Shown: positions 1 to 7,965 of the stretch, in pieces
Position numbering within the stretch: the first letter of the stretch is position 1
Layout: each line of letters opens with the position of its first letter
From: Lachnospiraceae bacterium
GTDB lineage: Bacteria; Bacillota_I; Bacilli_A; RFN20; CAG-826
Assembly (NCBI GenBank): GCA_963658395.1
Contig: CAVKPZ010000001.1
Location: 1 to 38,700, forward strand
Direction: 5' to 3'
Length of the DNA: 38,700 nucleotides
The notes under the pieces: model-generated
Told to the model about the DNA's origin: nothing
Database searches by the model: none
The model's input: only the letters and a program-made list of their open reading frames with translations
Program-made: the position numbers and the translations under genes

Positions 1-250
1 GCAAAAATCAAAGCTTATCCCGGGATGTTGCATCGACTTTGTCACCTAACAGAAAAAACGAAGGACAAACAACGCTAAAGGTTTTCTTACGGCGCATTAA
101 AGTGTGGGGAAAACCCAATGCTAAAATTTGGAATTCAATTTAGCGGTGCGCACGTTAAGCGATCTTTTTCATAAAGCCTATACAGTGTACAAATTCAACC
201 CCACTTCGCTTTATTTTCGTGCTATAACAAAACCCCAAAGGAGGAAAGTT

Positions 251-1081
251 ATGTCGAACATCAAGGTCTTTGAAAACAAAGAAATAAGAACGAAGTGGAA
301 TGAAGAAGAGGAGGATTGGTATTTCTCCGTGGTGGATGTCATTGAAGTGTTGACGGATAGCTCCAACCCACAAACATATTGGAGGGTATTGAAAAAGAGA
401 TTAAAAGACGAAGGAAATGAAACCGTTACAAATTGTAACGCTTTGAAAATGACCGCCAAAGATGGTAAATCTAGGCTCACGGACGCCGTAAACACCAAGG
501 ATTTGCTCCGCCTTATTCAATCCATTCCAAGCAAAAAGGCCGAGCCATTCAAGTTGTGGCTGGCCCAGGTTGGCAGCGAAAGACTGAATGAAATCGCTGA
601 TCCCGAAAAGGCGATTATCCGCGGCGCGGACTTTTACCGCGCCAAAGGCTATACGGAAGCTTGGATAAACCAAAGATTGCAAACGATCGAGATGCGGAAA
701 GAACTTACGGATGAATGGAAAAACCGCGGCATCGAAAAAGAGAAGGATTACGCAATCCTTACCAACGAGATGACGAAAGCCTGGTCAGGGATGTCTGTGA
801 AAGAATATAAGGACCTTAAAGGCCTTAAAAAGGAAAACCTCCGGGACAACATGACCAATATTGAGCTCGTTCTTAATATGCTCGCGGAGGTCACGACCAC
901 GGCGATTTCAAAGCAAGAAAACCCTGAGACTTTTGAAGAAAGCAAAACAATCGCTCGCCGAGGTGGCAACGTCGCAAGCGACGCGAAGAAGAGATTCGAA
1001 AAAGAGACTGGCCTCAAAGCGGTGTCCTCCCAGAATGCGAGCAATAAAATCCTCTTAGAGGTGAAGTCAAAGAAAAAATAA
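251..1081 (+). CDS. BRO-N / DinD-like (phage antirepressor-type) protein
   Basis: The ORF track opens at 128, but the ATG at 251 is preceded by AAAGGAGGAAAGTT. The product starts MSNIKVFENKEIRTKWNEEEEDWYFSVVDVIEVL and contains LLRLIQSIPSKKAEPFKLWLAQVG and WINQRLQTIEMRKELTDEW. This is the pattern I recognise from BRO-N/DNA-damage-inducible-protein-D family proteins. Confidence 0.75.
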   Translation: MSNIKVFENKEIRTKWNEEEEDWYFSVVDVIEVLTDSSNPQTYWRVLKKRLKDEGNETVTNCNALKMTAKDGKSRLTDAVNTKDLLRLIQSIPSKKAEPFKLWLAQVGSERLNEIADPEKAIIRGADFYRAKGYTEAWINQRLQTIEMRKELTDEWKNRGIEKEKDYAILTNEMTKAWSGMSVKEYKDLKGLKKENLRDNMTNIELVLNMLAEVTTTAISKQENPETFEESKTIARRGGNVASDAKKRFEKETGLKAVSSQNASNKILLEVKSKKK

Positions 1082-1224
1082 GCGAAGATCGGATGCGGTC
1101 AGTTAAGCCTCATTAGGCGCTCGATAAGCCTATGCGCTTATATGTGGCGTTTTAGGCGGTTTGGTCTGATGGAGGCCATTTCAAGCGAAGAGCTCCTCCG
1201 GATTGATGGCAAAACCAAAAATAA

Positions 1225-1311
1225 GGTTCGTTAGGTTCGTTGAGGCCTTTTATACTTAGTGAACTTTGAAGTGAACTATAAATTGAACTTTGAAGTGAAC
1301 TTTGAAAGTTC
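1225..1311. repeat. Short tandem repeats: GGTTCGTT x2 followed by four 12-bp AACTTTGAAG-type dyad units
   Basis: Read directly. ggttcgtta/ggttcgttg lie at 1225-1242. Then come gaactttgaagt (1261), gaactataaatt (1273), gaactttgaagt (1285) and gaactttgaaagt (1297). The last unit forms the perfect palindrome gaacttt-g-aaagttc (1297-1311). The array sits between two convergent gene ends. Confidence 0.85.
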
Positions 1312-1340
1312 GTGGTCTGATGCCATTGGCTTGTTGGCTT

Positions 1341-2954
1341 TTAAACGTTTTCTCCTTTTTCCTGCTTCAATAGCGTGGCGTAGCGAAGCATTTGCTTCCT
1401 TGATTGGACGCCTAGTTTATTAAGGATGTTGTGATTATGGTATTTGAGGGTGCCTTTTTGAATGTGGCACGCTTCCATGATCTCCTCCGCGGTTTTTCCT
1501 TCTAGATACAAGGAGAAAACTTGCTTTTCCGTTTTCGTCAGCGTCTTCAGCCCCATTTTGAACATCTCATAGTCATCGGGGGATATTTCGTTCTTGCGGG
1601 AATAGGCAAGCCGCTGGATGTCGGTCTTGTCTTTGCTTAGGAGATCCTCTTGCTCGTTGCATCTTTCTTGCAGCTTTCTCGTTTCCTCCTCGTGCAATCG
1701 GTCCTGCGCGTCAAGAAAGGCGAAAAGGTCATCGATCTCGGCATATTCTGGCTTTGCCTCGGCGCGTTGTTGCCTGCGGATGCCCTCGATGCTTTTTATT
1801 AAGGGCCGCAGGAAACGTTTGCTGAAGAAGAGGCAGACGCAGATGGTCGTTCCTAGCAAAACGGCCACGAGCAGGACGATCGAAACGATGCTTTTCACGA
1901 CTTCTCTATCGTATTCGCTTTTCGGATAAGCGACGACTAAGAGGTAATCTTCGGAGCAAATGCGGCTCAGCTTGGTCTTCGCCACAAAGGAGGAGCCTCC
2001 ATAAAGTGCTTCTAAGCCTCCGCCTAGATCGTTCATGCTGAATTCCCCCTGCGGAGGGAGGTAATACCCTCCATAAACGCCCGAGGAGAATCCGCGTTCG
2101 GTTTGAAGCGTATTGCCGTTTTTGGGGAGGAAGAGGCAGCTGAGGTGTTCTAACTTGGACGATTGGGCGAAATACTGCTTAAAGTAACTTCCCGATATCT
2201 CGAAGCCGCATAGGCCATACATTTCCCCTTTGCTTCCGATCAGGGGAACGATGAAATTCATCGTTCTTTCCGAAGTGCCATACAAATCGCCGACTTGCGA
2301 TAAAAACGGCGTTTTGTCCGTGGGCGCTTCTTCTTTCCGCTTGGCGTAGGTGTCGTAGCCAGAGAACGCTTCGGTGTCGAATTCCAAACGCCATTTCCGA
2401 TGGGGCATGATGTTGTTTTTTCTTCCAAGCTCGGATATTCCGCGATAAAGCAGCAACGTCTCGTCCGTTTCATCCAAGGAGGCCCGCTGGAAATACAGGC
2501 CCGTTTTGGATTTCTCCGCTTCCGCCACGCTTTCGTTTACCGTGGCGTCGAACACCACAAACGCTCCAGAGCAATGCGTCTTCAATAGCTCCGTCCCAAG
2601 TTTGTCGAATACCGCGCTTTGAAGAGAAGACACGCGTTCCTCATTGTTGCTGACCTCTTCGAAGGATATGCCTTCGCTAGATAAAAGCGCCTCGGTCTTA
2701 CCGACGATGCTTTCCGAGAGGGCGTTGCCCATTCGGGTTAGGTCTTCATAGTACTTGCTGATTTGACGGTCGTAGGCGCTTAATTGAAAAGACAAGGCGG
2801 TCTCCGTGCTTTGCCTAGCCGTTGGGAACCCGCCAAGCAGGAACACCCCGGCAGAAAGGAAGGCAAGCACGATTCCGGCCAAGGCGGACATGTACAAAAA
2901 CAGCCTCCGCCGCATCGGGGTCTTTTTGCTTTTGCCTTTGTCCCCTTGGCCCAT
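1341..2954 (-). CDS. Membrane-anchored one-component regulator: TM, extracytoplasmic sensor domain (Cache-like?), TM, coiled coil, C-terminal LuxR-type HTH
   Basis: 537 aa. There is an N-terminal TM (LFLYMSALAGIVLAFLSAGVFLLGG), then about 300 aa extracytoplasmic, then a second TM (IVSIVLLVAVLLGTTICVCLFF). The C-terminus reads LTKTEKQVFSLYLEGKTAEEIMEACHIQKGTLKYHNHNILNKLGV, a LuxR/GerE HTH. The start lies 4 nt after the stop of the upstream SBP gene. Confidence 0.75.
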   Translation of the reverse strand: MGQGDKGKSKKTPMRRRLFLYMSALAGIVLAFLSAGVFLLGGFPTARQSTETALSFQLSAYDRQISKYYEDLTRMGNALSESIVGKTEALLSSEGISFEEVSNNEERVSSLQSAVFDKLGTELLKTHCSGAFVVFDATVNESVAEAEKSKTGLYFQRASLDETDETLLLYRGISELGRKNNIMPHRKWRLEFDTEAFSGYDTYAKRKEEAPTDKTPFLSQVGDLYGTSERTMNFIVPLIGSKGEMYGLCGFEISGSYFKQYFAQSSKLEHLSCLFLPKNGNTLQTERGFSSGVYGGYYLPPQGEFSMNDLGGGLEALYGGSSFVAKTKLSRICSEDYLLVVAYPKSEYDREVVKSIVSIVLLVAVLLGTTICVCLFFSKRFLRPLIKSIEGIRRQQRAEAKPEYAEIDDLFAFLDAQDRLHEEETRKLQERCNEQEDLLSKDKTDIQRLAYSRKNEISPDDYEMFKMGLKTLTKTEKQVFSLYLEGKTAEEIMEACHIQKGTLKYHNHNILNKLGVQSRKQMLRYATLLKQEKGENV

Positions 2955-2957
2955 GGC

Positions 2958-4289
2958 TTATTCCCCTATGCTTTTGAACAATTCCATGAGCTCCGTTTCG
3001 ATCTGCGAGGAGGTTTCCCCTGATTCGTATTTGCTCGCAAGCTCTTTTTGGAGTTCCCTCACCCCATCATAAAAGCGATAGGTGTTTTGGTAATATCCGT
3101 CTATGGATGGCTCAGAAAGGAAGGAGCAGTTTTCTCTCGTCGCTTTTAAGGAAGCGTATGTGCTTTTAAGGTCTTCGGTTTTGAAGGCGTAATCATCCAT
3201 TTGCTCAAACGATCCGACCTTGACGGGCATATAGCCGGTCTGGGCCACGAAATCGAGGTTGCGCTTTGCTTGAGTGAACCATTTGGCGAAGACGGTCGAG
3301 GCTTCTTCTTTCTGCTCCGTTGTTTTATACGCGCATAGCCCGACGCCTGCTTGCGTGGCGTAGTGGATAAGCCCTTCCTCTTGAGGGAGAGGCAAGACTT
3401 TGAGGTCGGTGTCTTCGGAGGTGTTGTCGGGATAGGTGATTTTGTCGTTGTAATAAAGCACGGCCGCGGAGGAGCTGATTCCTGCTATGGTTTGCCCCGT
3501 CATCACCTGGGTGTTTGAATAGAGGTCTGAGACGACGATATGCCCCTTGGCGATGGACTGGGCGAATTTCTTATAAGAGGAGAGAACGATATCGTCGTCT
3601 TTATACCAACTGCCTTCATAGAAAGAGTTGGCCCCGTGGCTGATCGCGTTGAGCTCGACGCTTCGTAGGAGATAGTCCAAAGCGCAGAAAGGTTTTCCTC
3701 CCGAATACTCGTAATAGGCTTCCGCGGCGGAGAAAAAACCATCCCACGTCTTCAAGGAATCGTAGGTAATCCCTTTTTCGGAAGCGAAGCGATCGAAAGC
3801 CCCTCCCGCCAAAAACAAGAGGTGTGTTGATTTGGATATAGGCAAAACGGATAGGTTCTCGCCGACGGTTCCATCGCGAAGGAAGCTGGTCACGAATTCG
3901 TTTAGCTCATCGCCGGTGAACTGTTGGTTCCAATCTAGAAGATTCTCTTCGCCTAGCTCTTTGGCGTTGCTGGCGTGGCAGAAGAAGAGATCGGGCATAG
4001 CGGGGACGCCGGCTTTCCCTTTCTGGGCGTTTAAAAGCTTCTCTCCGATCTGGGAGGCGTTAGACATCAGCGTGACGTTGACGATGATGCCCTTCTCCGC
4101 GCCTATGGTGCGGTTGAACTCATCGACGTATTGATTCATCGGCGAATCGGCTTGCTCGCCATAAACGTGCCACATCGTCAGGGTGACGGGGTTCTGGGCA
4201 TCTAGAAGGGAAGAGTTGGAATTGCAGCTAGAAAGCGGTGCCAAAGAAAGCAATAGGGGCATTAATGCGATAAGGGTTTTCTTTTTCAT
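2958..4289 (-). CDS. Extracellular solute-binding lipoprotein (ABC family-1 sugar-type SBP), with no cognate permease or ATPase nearby
   Basis: 443 aa. Signal peptide plus lipobox: MKKKTLIALMPLLLSLAPLSSC. The length and composition are SBP-like (VTLTMWHVYGEQ..., GVGLCAYK). SD AGGAGG lies 10 nt upstream of the ATG. Confidence 0.75.
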   Translation of the reverse strand: MKKKTLIALMPLLLSLAPLSSCNSNSSLLDAQNPVTLTMWHVYGEQADSPMNQYVDEFNRTIGAEKGIIVNVTLMSNASQIGEKLLNAQKGKAGVPAMPDLFFCHASNAKELGEENLLDWNQQFTGDELNEFVTSFLRDGTVGENLSVLPISKSTHLLFLAGGAFDRFASEKGITYDSLKTWDGFFSAAEAYYEYSGGKPFCALDYLLRSVELNAISHGANSFYEGSWYKDDDIVLSSYKKFAQSIAKGHIVVSDLYSNTQVMTGQTIAGISSSAAVLYYNDKITYPDNTSEDTDLKVLPLPQEEGLIHYATQAGVGLCAYKTTEQKEEASTVFAKWFTQAKRNLDFVAQTGYMPVKVGSFEQMDDYAFKTEDLKSTYASLKATRENCSFLSEPSIDGYYQNTYRFYDGVRELQKELASKYESGETSSQIETELMELFKSIGE

Positions 4290-4458
4290 GGTGGCGTCGC
4301 CTCCTGGCTTGATGCGGGTTTTGAAATCTCTTAAATAAATTAACCGAAAAAAGAACGATTTCCCATACCTTTTTGGGGTTTGGGTAGGGGACGAGGCGAA
4401 AGAGATTCACATAATGGAAACATGCGGGTCATTCACCGCCCTTAAGTTTCTACCTTTT

Positions 4459-4482
4459 AGCAAAGCACATTGGTGCGTTGCT
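4459..4482. promoter_or_regulatory. Imperfect dyad AGCAAAGCA-n6-TGCGTTGCT in the divergent SBP/lipoprotein intergenic region (possible regulator box)
   Basis: Read directly: 9-bp arms with one mismatch. It lies in the 333-bp divergent promoter region between 4289 and 4623. Assigning it to the LuxR-type regulator is speculation. Confidence 0.25.
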
Positions 4483-4622
4483 TGAAGGCAAGGCTTGGGG
4501 GATTTTAAAAAAGGAGGAACGAAAAGGATGGAGACGCATTCGCGTCCGAACAAAAAGAATTCTCGAAAGCCGAAAAGGCACACAGCAACTTTGCTTCAAC
4601 CAAACACCTAGGAGTACAACAC

Positions 4623-6824
4623 ATGAAAAGAAAAACCATTCCGATTGCCCTTGCTTCCGCGTTGATGCTTGCTCTCCCTTTGTCCCTTCTTTCTTCTTGC
4701 GGTGGGGAGAAGCATCAATACGCGAGCACCTGGTCTAGCGATTCCACGGACCATTGGCACGCCTGCACTATCGCAGATCACGCCGACGTCGCCGATAAAG
4801 GCGCTCACGATTTTGACAATGGGAAAATCACCAAAGAAGCCACGGAGGATGCGGAAGGCGTCAAAACCTACACCTGCAGCACCTGCAATTACCAAAAGTA
4901 CGAATCGATCGCCAAATTGCCCCATACGCATACCTTCGATACCGCTGTCTGGGCAAGCGACGAGGAGAATCATTGGCATCCCTCCACCTGCGGGCACGCC
5001 GACGAGAAGGACGCCCTGGCCGCCCACGTTTGGGACGAGGGCGAAGTAACGAGCGAGGCCACCGAGGAAGAGGAAGGCGTGATTACCTATACTTGCTCCG
5101 TCTGCGGCGAGACGAAGGAGGAGACTATTTCCGTGATTCCTCATACGCACACTTTCTCCGATGCCTGGAGCAAGGACGAGACCGGGCACTGGCACGCGGC
5201 GACCTGCGAGCACACCGACCAAAAGAGCGGTTTCGCGGAGCATAGCGGCACGTGGACGACGAAAGAGGAAGCAACCTATTTGGCAAATAGAGTCGACCAA
5301 AGGGATTGCGAGGTCTGCGGGTATCATGAAGAGAAAGAGATCCCGGACACCATTCTTCCCGCCCAAGACAGGGAACTCAGCGTCGCGGAAATCGCGGATG
5401 TCTCTTTTGACGGGTTGGAACATCCTATTTCGGATAGCCAAATCACCCGTACCAACGATGAGGGTGGATTGACCATTGAGTATCGGGAAGAGGGTGAGGA
5501 GGAATATTCCACGGAGGTCCCCGTTGAAGTGGGCGACTACGAATATAGGGTGACTCTTAAAGGAACGAGCCAATGGAAAGAGAAAGTCGTCACAGGCGGG
5601 TTCTCAATCAACCCTTTGACGGTCGTGCTGACCGATACGTCCTTTGAGGATCCCATGATCAGCAGCGGCTACATCGTCCTTTCCAACATCTATACGACCG
5701 AAGATGGCAAGAATATTTCCGACGCTACAAACGGCTGGACCGATTCCGTCAGCCTCCTCGCTCCTTCGATTTATGGGGAGGTTGGGAGAAACACCGTCCC
5801 TTCCTCAAAGCTCTATCTTGATGATGACAACTTCATTCTTGACCGCGGCTCCATCGAAAACGTTGAAGTCATCCGCTACGACACAAGGGATTTCATCGCC
5901 GGTGTAACGGATTCATTTTACGTCACGGGGAGAGGCCCCGCTGTTACCGTTGAGATCGAAAAAGGGACCGTTGCCTCCGGGGACAAGCTTTACGTTTGCG
6001 AGCTTGGAAAAGAAGTGACTGTCTCAAGCATTTCGATTTCCAATGTGAACAAAACGAAGGCAACCGTTGGTGATGCCAATGTCGCTCTTTTGCTCAGCGG
6101 CGTCACTAAAGGAGAAATCACCAACGGCATGCTATTAGCTAAGACCGGCACGGTGAAGGCTCATCGCAGCGCTATTGCGACAATATCGCTCTATAGCTCT
6201 GCCACCTACGCTCTCCTCGACAAGGACACCAGGCCGGCATTTAGTTTCTCCGCGACCTCCATCTCGCTCAGCGGAAGGATCGCTCTTCCTTCGGGCGTTG
6301 AGCAGATCGGTATCGGAGAAACCGTCGAAAACGTCGTCGTCGATTTCTCTTCCGTCATAGGAAACTGGGCAGGAAGGACCTTCTACCTCAAAAACGGGAC
6401 CAACGTCATAGGCGCAGGGACGATCACGGAAGTCCACGATCACGATTTCGGCGACTCCGGGGTGTGCTCCTGCGGAGTCAGCAACGTGACCTCAGGCACA
6501 TGGTCCGAATCGGTTCTCACCTGCTTTGACTATTTCTATCTTGGCGAAGAGAGAGGGTATACCTGCAACTTGTCCCGTCCGATAAAAGCAAGTCCTATGA
6601 AATACACCTTCTCACTTTCTGATTCTCATGGGGATTCTTTCGACGAAGGGTTTGAATTTAAGGTTTACTCCGCCGCGACGAATGAGGAAATCACCCTAGA
6701 CTCAGACAATTCCTTCACGAAAACCACCGTTGGCCAACTACCCATAAAGGTGGTCGTGACCAAAACCGGAGGCTCGCAATGGTTTGAGTATTGCTGCCTT
6801 ACGATCACAAGATCCGTCGCCTAA
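4623..6824 (+). CDS. Surface lipoprotein with three His/Cys-rich repeats, an MBG-like segment and an EF-Tu domain II/III-like beta-barrel module
   Basis: 733 aa. Lipobox MKRKTIPIALASALMLALPLSLLSSC. SD AGGAG lies 8 nt upstream. There are three repeats of about 60-70 aa of the form HTHTF-x3-W-x2-DE-x2-HWH-x2-TC-x-H-x-D ... EGV-x-TYTCS-x-C. Residues about 421-604 align by eye to EF-Tu domains II and III (see findings). Confidence 0.85.
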   Translation: MKRKTIPIALASALMLALPLSLLSSCGGEKHQYASTWSSDSTDHWHACTIADHADVADKGAHDFDNGKITKEATEDAEGVKTYTCSTCNYQKYESIAKLPHTHTFDTAVWASDEENHWHPSTCGHADEKDALAAHVWDEGEVTSEATEEEEGVITYTCSVCGETKEETISVIPHTHTFSDAWSKDETGHWHAATCEHTDQKSGFAEHSGTWTTKEEATYLANRVDQRDCEVCGYHEEKEIPDTILPAQDRELSVAEIADVSFDGLEHPISDSQITRTNDEGGLTIEYREEGEEEYSTEVPVEVGDYEYRVTLKGTSQWKEKVVTGGFSINPLTVVLTDTSFEDPMISSGYIVLSNIYTTEDGKNISDATNGWTDSVSLLAPSIYGEVGRNTVPSSKLYLDDDNFILDRGSIENVEVIRYDTRDFIAGVTDSFYVTGRGPAVTVEIEKGTVASGDKLYVCELGKEVTVSSISISNVNKTKATVGDANVALLLSGVTKGEITNGMLLAKTGTVKAHRSAIATISLYSSATYALLDKDTRPAFSFSATSISLSGRIALPSGVEQIGIGETVENVVVDFSSVIGNWAGRTFYLKNGTNVIGAGTITEVHDHDFGDSGVCSCGVSNVTSGTWSESVLTCFDYFYLGEERGYTCNLSRPIKASPMKYTFSLSDSHGDSFDEGFEFKVYSAATNEEITLDSDNSFTKTTVGQLPIKVVVTKTGGSQWFEYCCLTITRSVA

Positions 6825-6847
6825 ATATACTCATCCAATGGAACTTG

Positions 6848-6879
6848 GGGGCCGCTTTGTCTAGAGCGGCCCCTTTTCT
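6848..6879 (+). terminator. Rho-independent terminator of the lipoprotein gene
   Basis: ggggccgc (6848-6855) pairs with gcggcccc (6866-6873) and is followed by ttttct. It lies 24 nt after the stop codon. Confidence 0.8.
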
Positions 6880-7114
6880 AACAGCCGTGATGGCTTCGGT
6901 TCTATTAAGACTGTCTTTGATTCACACGACAATTACTTCGATATGAAACACCCCCGGTTTACTAAAAGAAACTGGATTCCAAAAATAGAAGACCTGGGGA
7001 TGATGGTCCCCATGGTGATGAGACCAACCCCGGGGCGTGTAGGAGGTTTCTTTCCGCACTTACTTCTGGGTTACCAGCGCGAACGCGTGCGTCCCCCACT
7101 ATCGTGCTCGCGGA

Positions 7115-7879
7115 TCAATCCTTATCTTCGTTCCTCTCGGATTCCTGCTTCTGCAGAGACTCCAGCTTCGCCCTGAGTTCTTCGATCTCCTTGTCTTTCG
7201 CATTGCTCGCCGACAAGGCGGCTTCTTCTTTCTTCTTTTTCTTCTCCTCGCTTAAGACATAGATGATCTTGGCGATTTCGTAGATGCAGATCGCGCTGCA
7301 AGGAAGGATGACCAAAACAAGGGTCCCCACCTTGCTAGAGATGAAGAAATACATTTTCCCCAAAGGCAAGGAGACGAAAGACACCTTTCCGATGACTTCG
7401 CCCGTCCGCCCATCGCTATAGAGGGTCTGGGTGTTCCCCTCCTCCACCGCATCGCCCTTCAGCTTGATCATGTAAGTCGTCCCATCGCTTAGCAAGGTGG
7501 GGTCCTCGATGATCCTATGGGTGATGGTCGCGTTGTTCAAAGAGGCGTAATTGAAGGTCAGGACATCGCCTTTTTTAAGCCCGGAATAAAATTCCTCTTC
7601 ATGGCCGTCTTTGATAAGGTCGACCTTGATAAGGGATTTTACGGGAATGGTCTTGATGGGGTATTCCTCTTGACTCTCCCCATCCATTGAGCCGGATAGG
7701 ACGACCAAAAACTGGCTGTCCCCTATTCTTCCTCCGGTGGCTTTGGAGGTGATGGAAAAAGCCGCGGTTACAGTCAAAAGACCCAACACGGTATAGAAGA
7801 TGGTGTTCCTAATGATCTTGCCGACCTTCTTGGGTTTCTTTTGCTTTTCTGTGTCGTCGTTGCTATTCATTGTAGACAA
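7115..7879 (-). CDS. sipW: Signal peptidase I, SipW (archaeal/ER-type S26B) with a C-terminal TM and charged tail
   Basis: VVLSGSMDGES (catalytic Ser) and TITHRIIED (His) match the B. subtilis SipW motifs. It is the last gene of an operon of SipW-type-signal proteins. The track start is TTG at 7879. An in-frame ATG at 7870 is equally likely, and neither has a clear SD. Confidence 0.8.
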   Translation of the reverse strand: MSTMNSNDDTEKQKKPKKVGKIIRNTIFYTVLGLLTVTAAFSITSKATGGRIGDSQFLVVLSGSMDGESQEEYPIKTIPVKSLIKVDLIKDGHEEEFYSGLKKGDVLTFNYASLNNATITHRIIEDPTLLSDGTTYMIKLKGDAVEEGNTQTLYSDGRTGEVIGKVSFVSLPLGKMYFFISSKVGTLVLVILPCSAICIYEIAKIIYVLSEEKKKKKEEAALSASNAKDKEIEELRAKLESLQKQESERNEDKD

Positions 7880-7884
7880 GGATA

Positions 7885-7910
7885 GCGCGGGAGCTTGGCG
7901 GCTCCCGCGC
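7885..7910 (-). promoter_or_regulatory. GC-rich stem-loop between the 477-aa TasA-like gene and sipW (possible attenuator or RNA-processing site)
   Basis: gcgcgggagc (7885-7894) pairs with gctcccgcgc (7901-7910): a 10-bp perfect stem with a 6-nt loop. No clear U-tract follows on the minus strand, so it is not a canonical full terminator. Confidence 0.45.
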
Positions 7911-7965
7911 TGAATTAACCGGATACGAACAGGAATTCACGTTCGTAGCCAAGAGAAATGACGCT

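Noticed and set aside
4608-5573. 321-aa minus-strand ORF, plus several shorter ORFs, overlapping the lipoprotein gene.
   Set aside because: It is antisense to a gene with a lipobox, internal repeats and an EF-Tu-like module. Its translation is Gly/Arg/Pro/Leu-rich low complexity with no SD, so it is a shadow ORF in a GC-richer gene.
5883-6434. EF-Tu-like sequence, considered as a genuine tuf gene or tuf pseudogene.
   Set aside because: It lies in frame inside a 733-aa ORF with a lipoprotein signal. It has no GTPase domain (no GHVDHGKT or DCPGH motifs anywhere) and no stops or frameshifts. It is therefore treated as a captured domain, not a translation factor.
6943-7176. 77-aa plus-strand ORF in the convergent gap between the lipoprotein gene and sipW.
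   Set aside because: It has no SD, it overlaps the 3' end of sipW, its composition is Pro/Arg-rich, and it lies downstream of a strong terminator.
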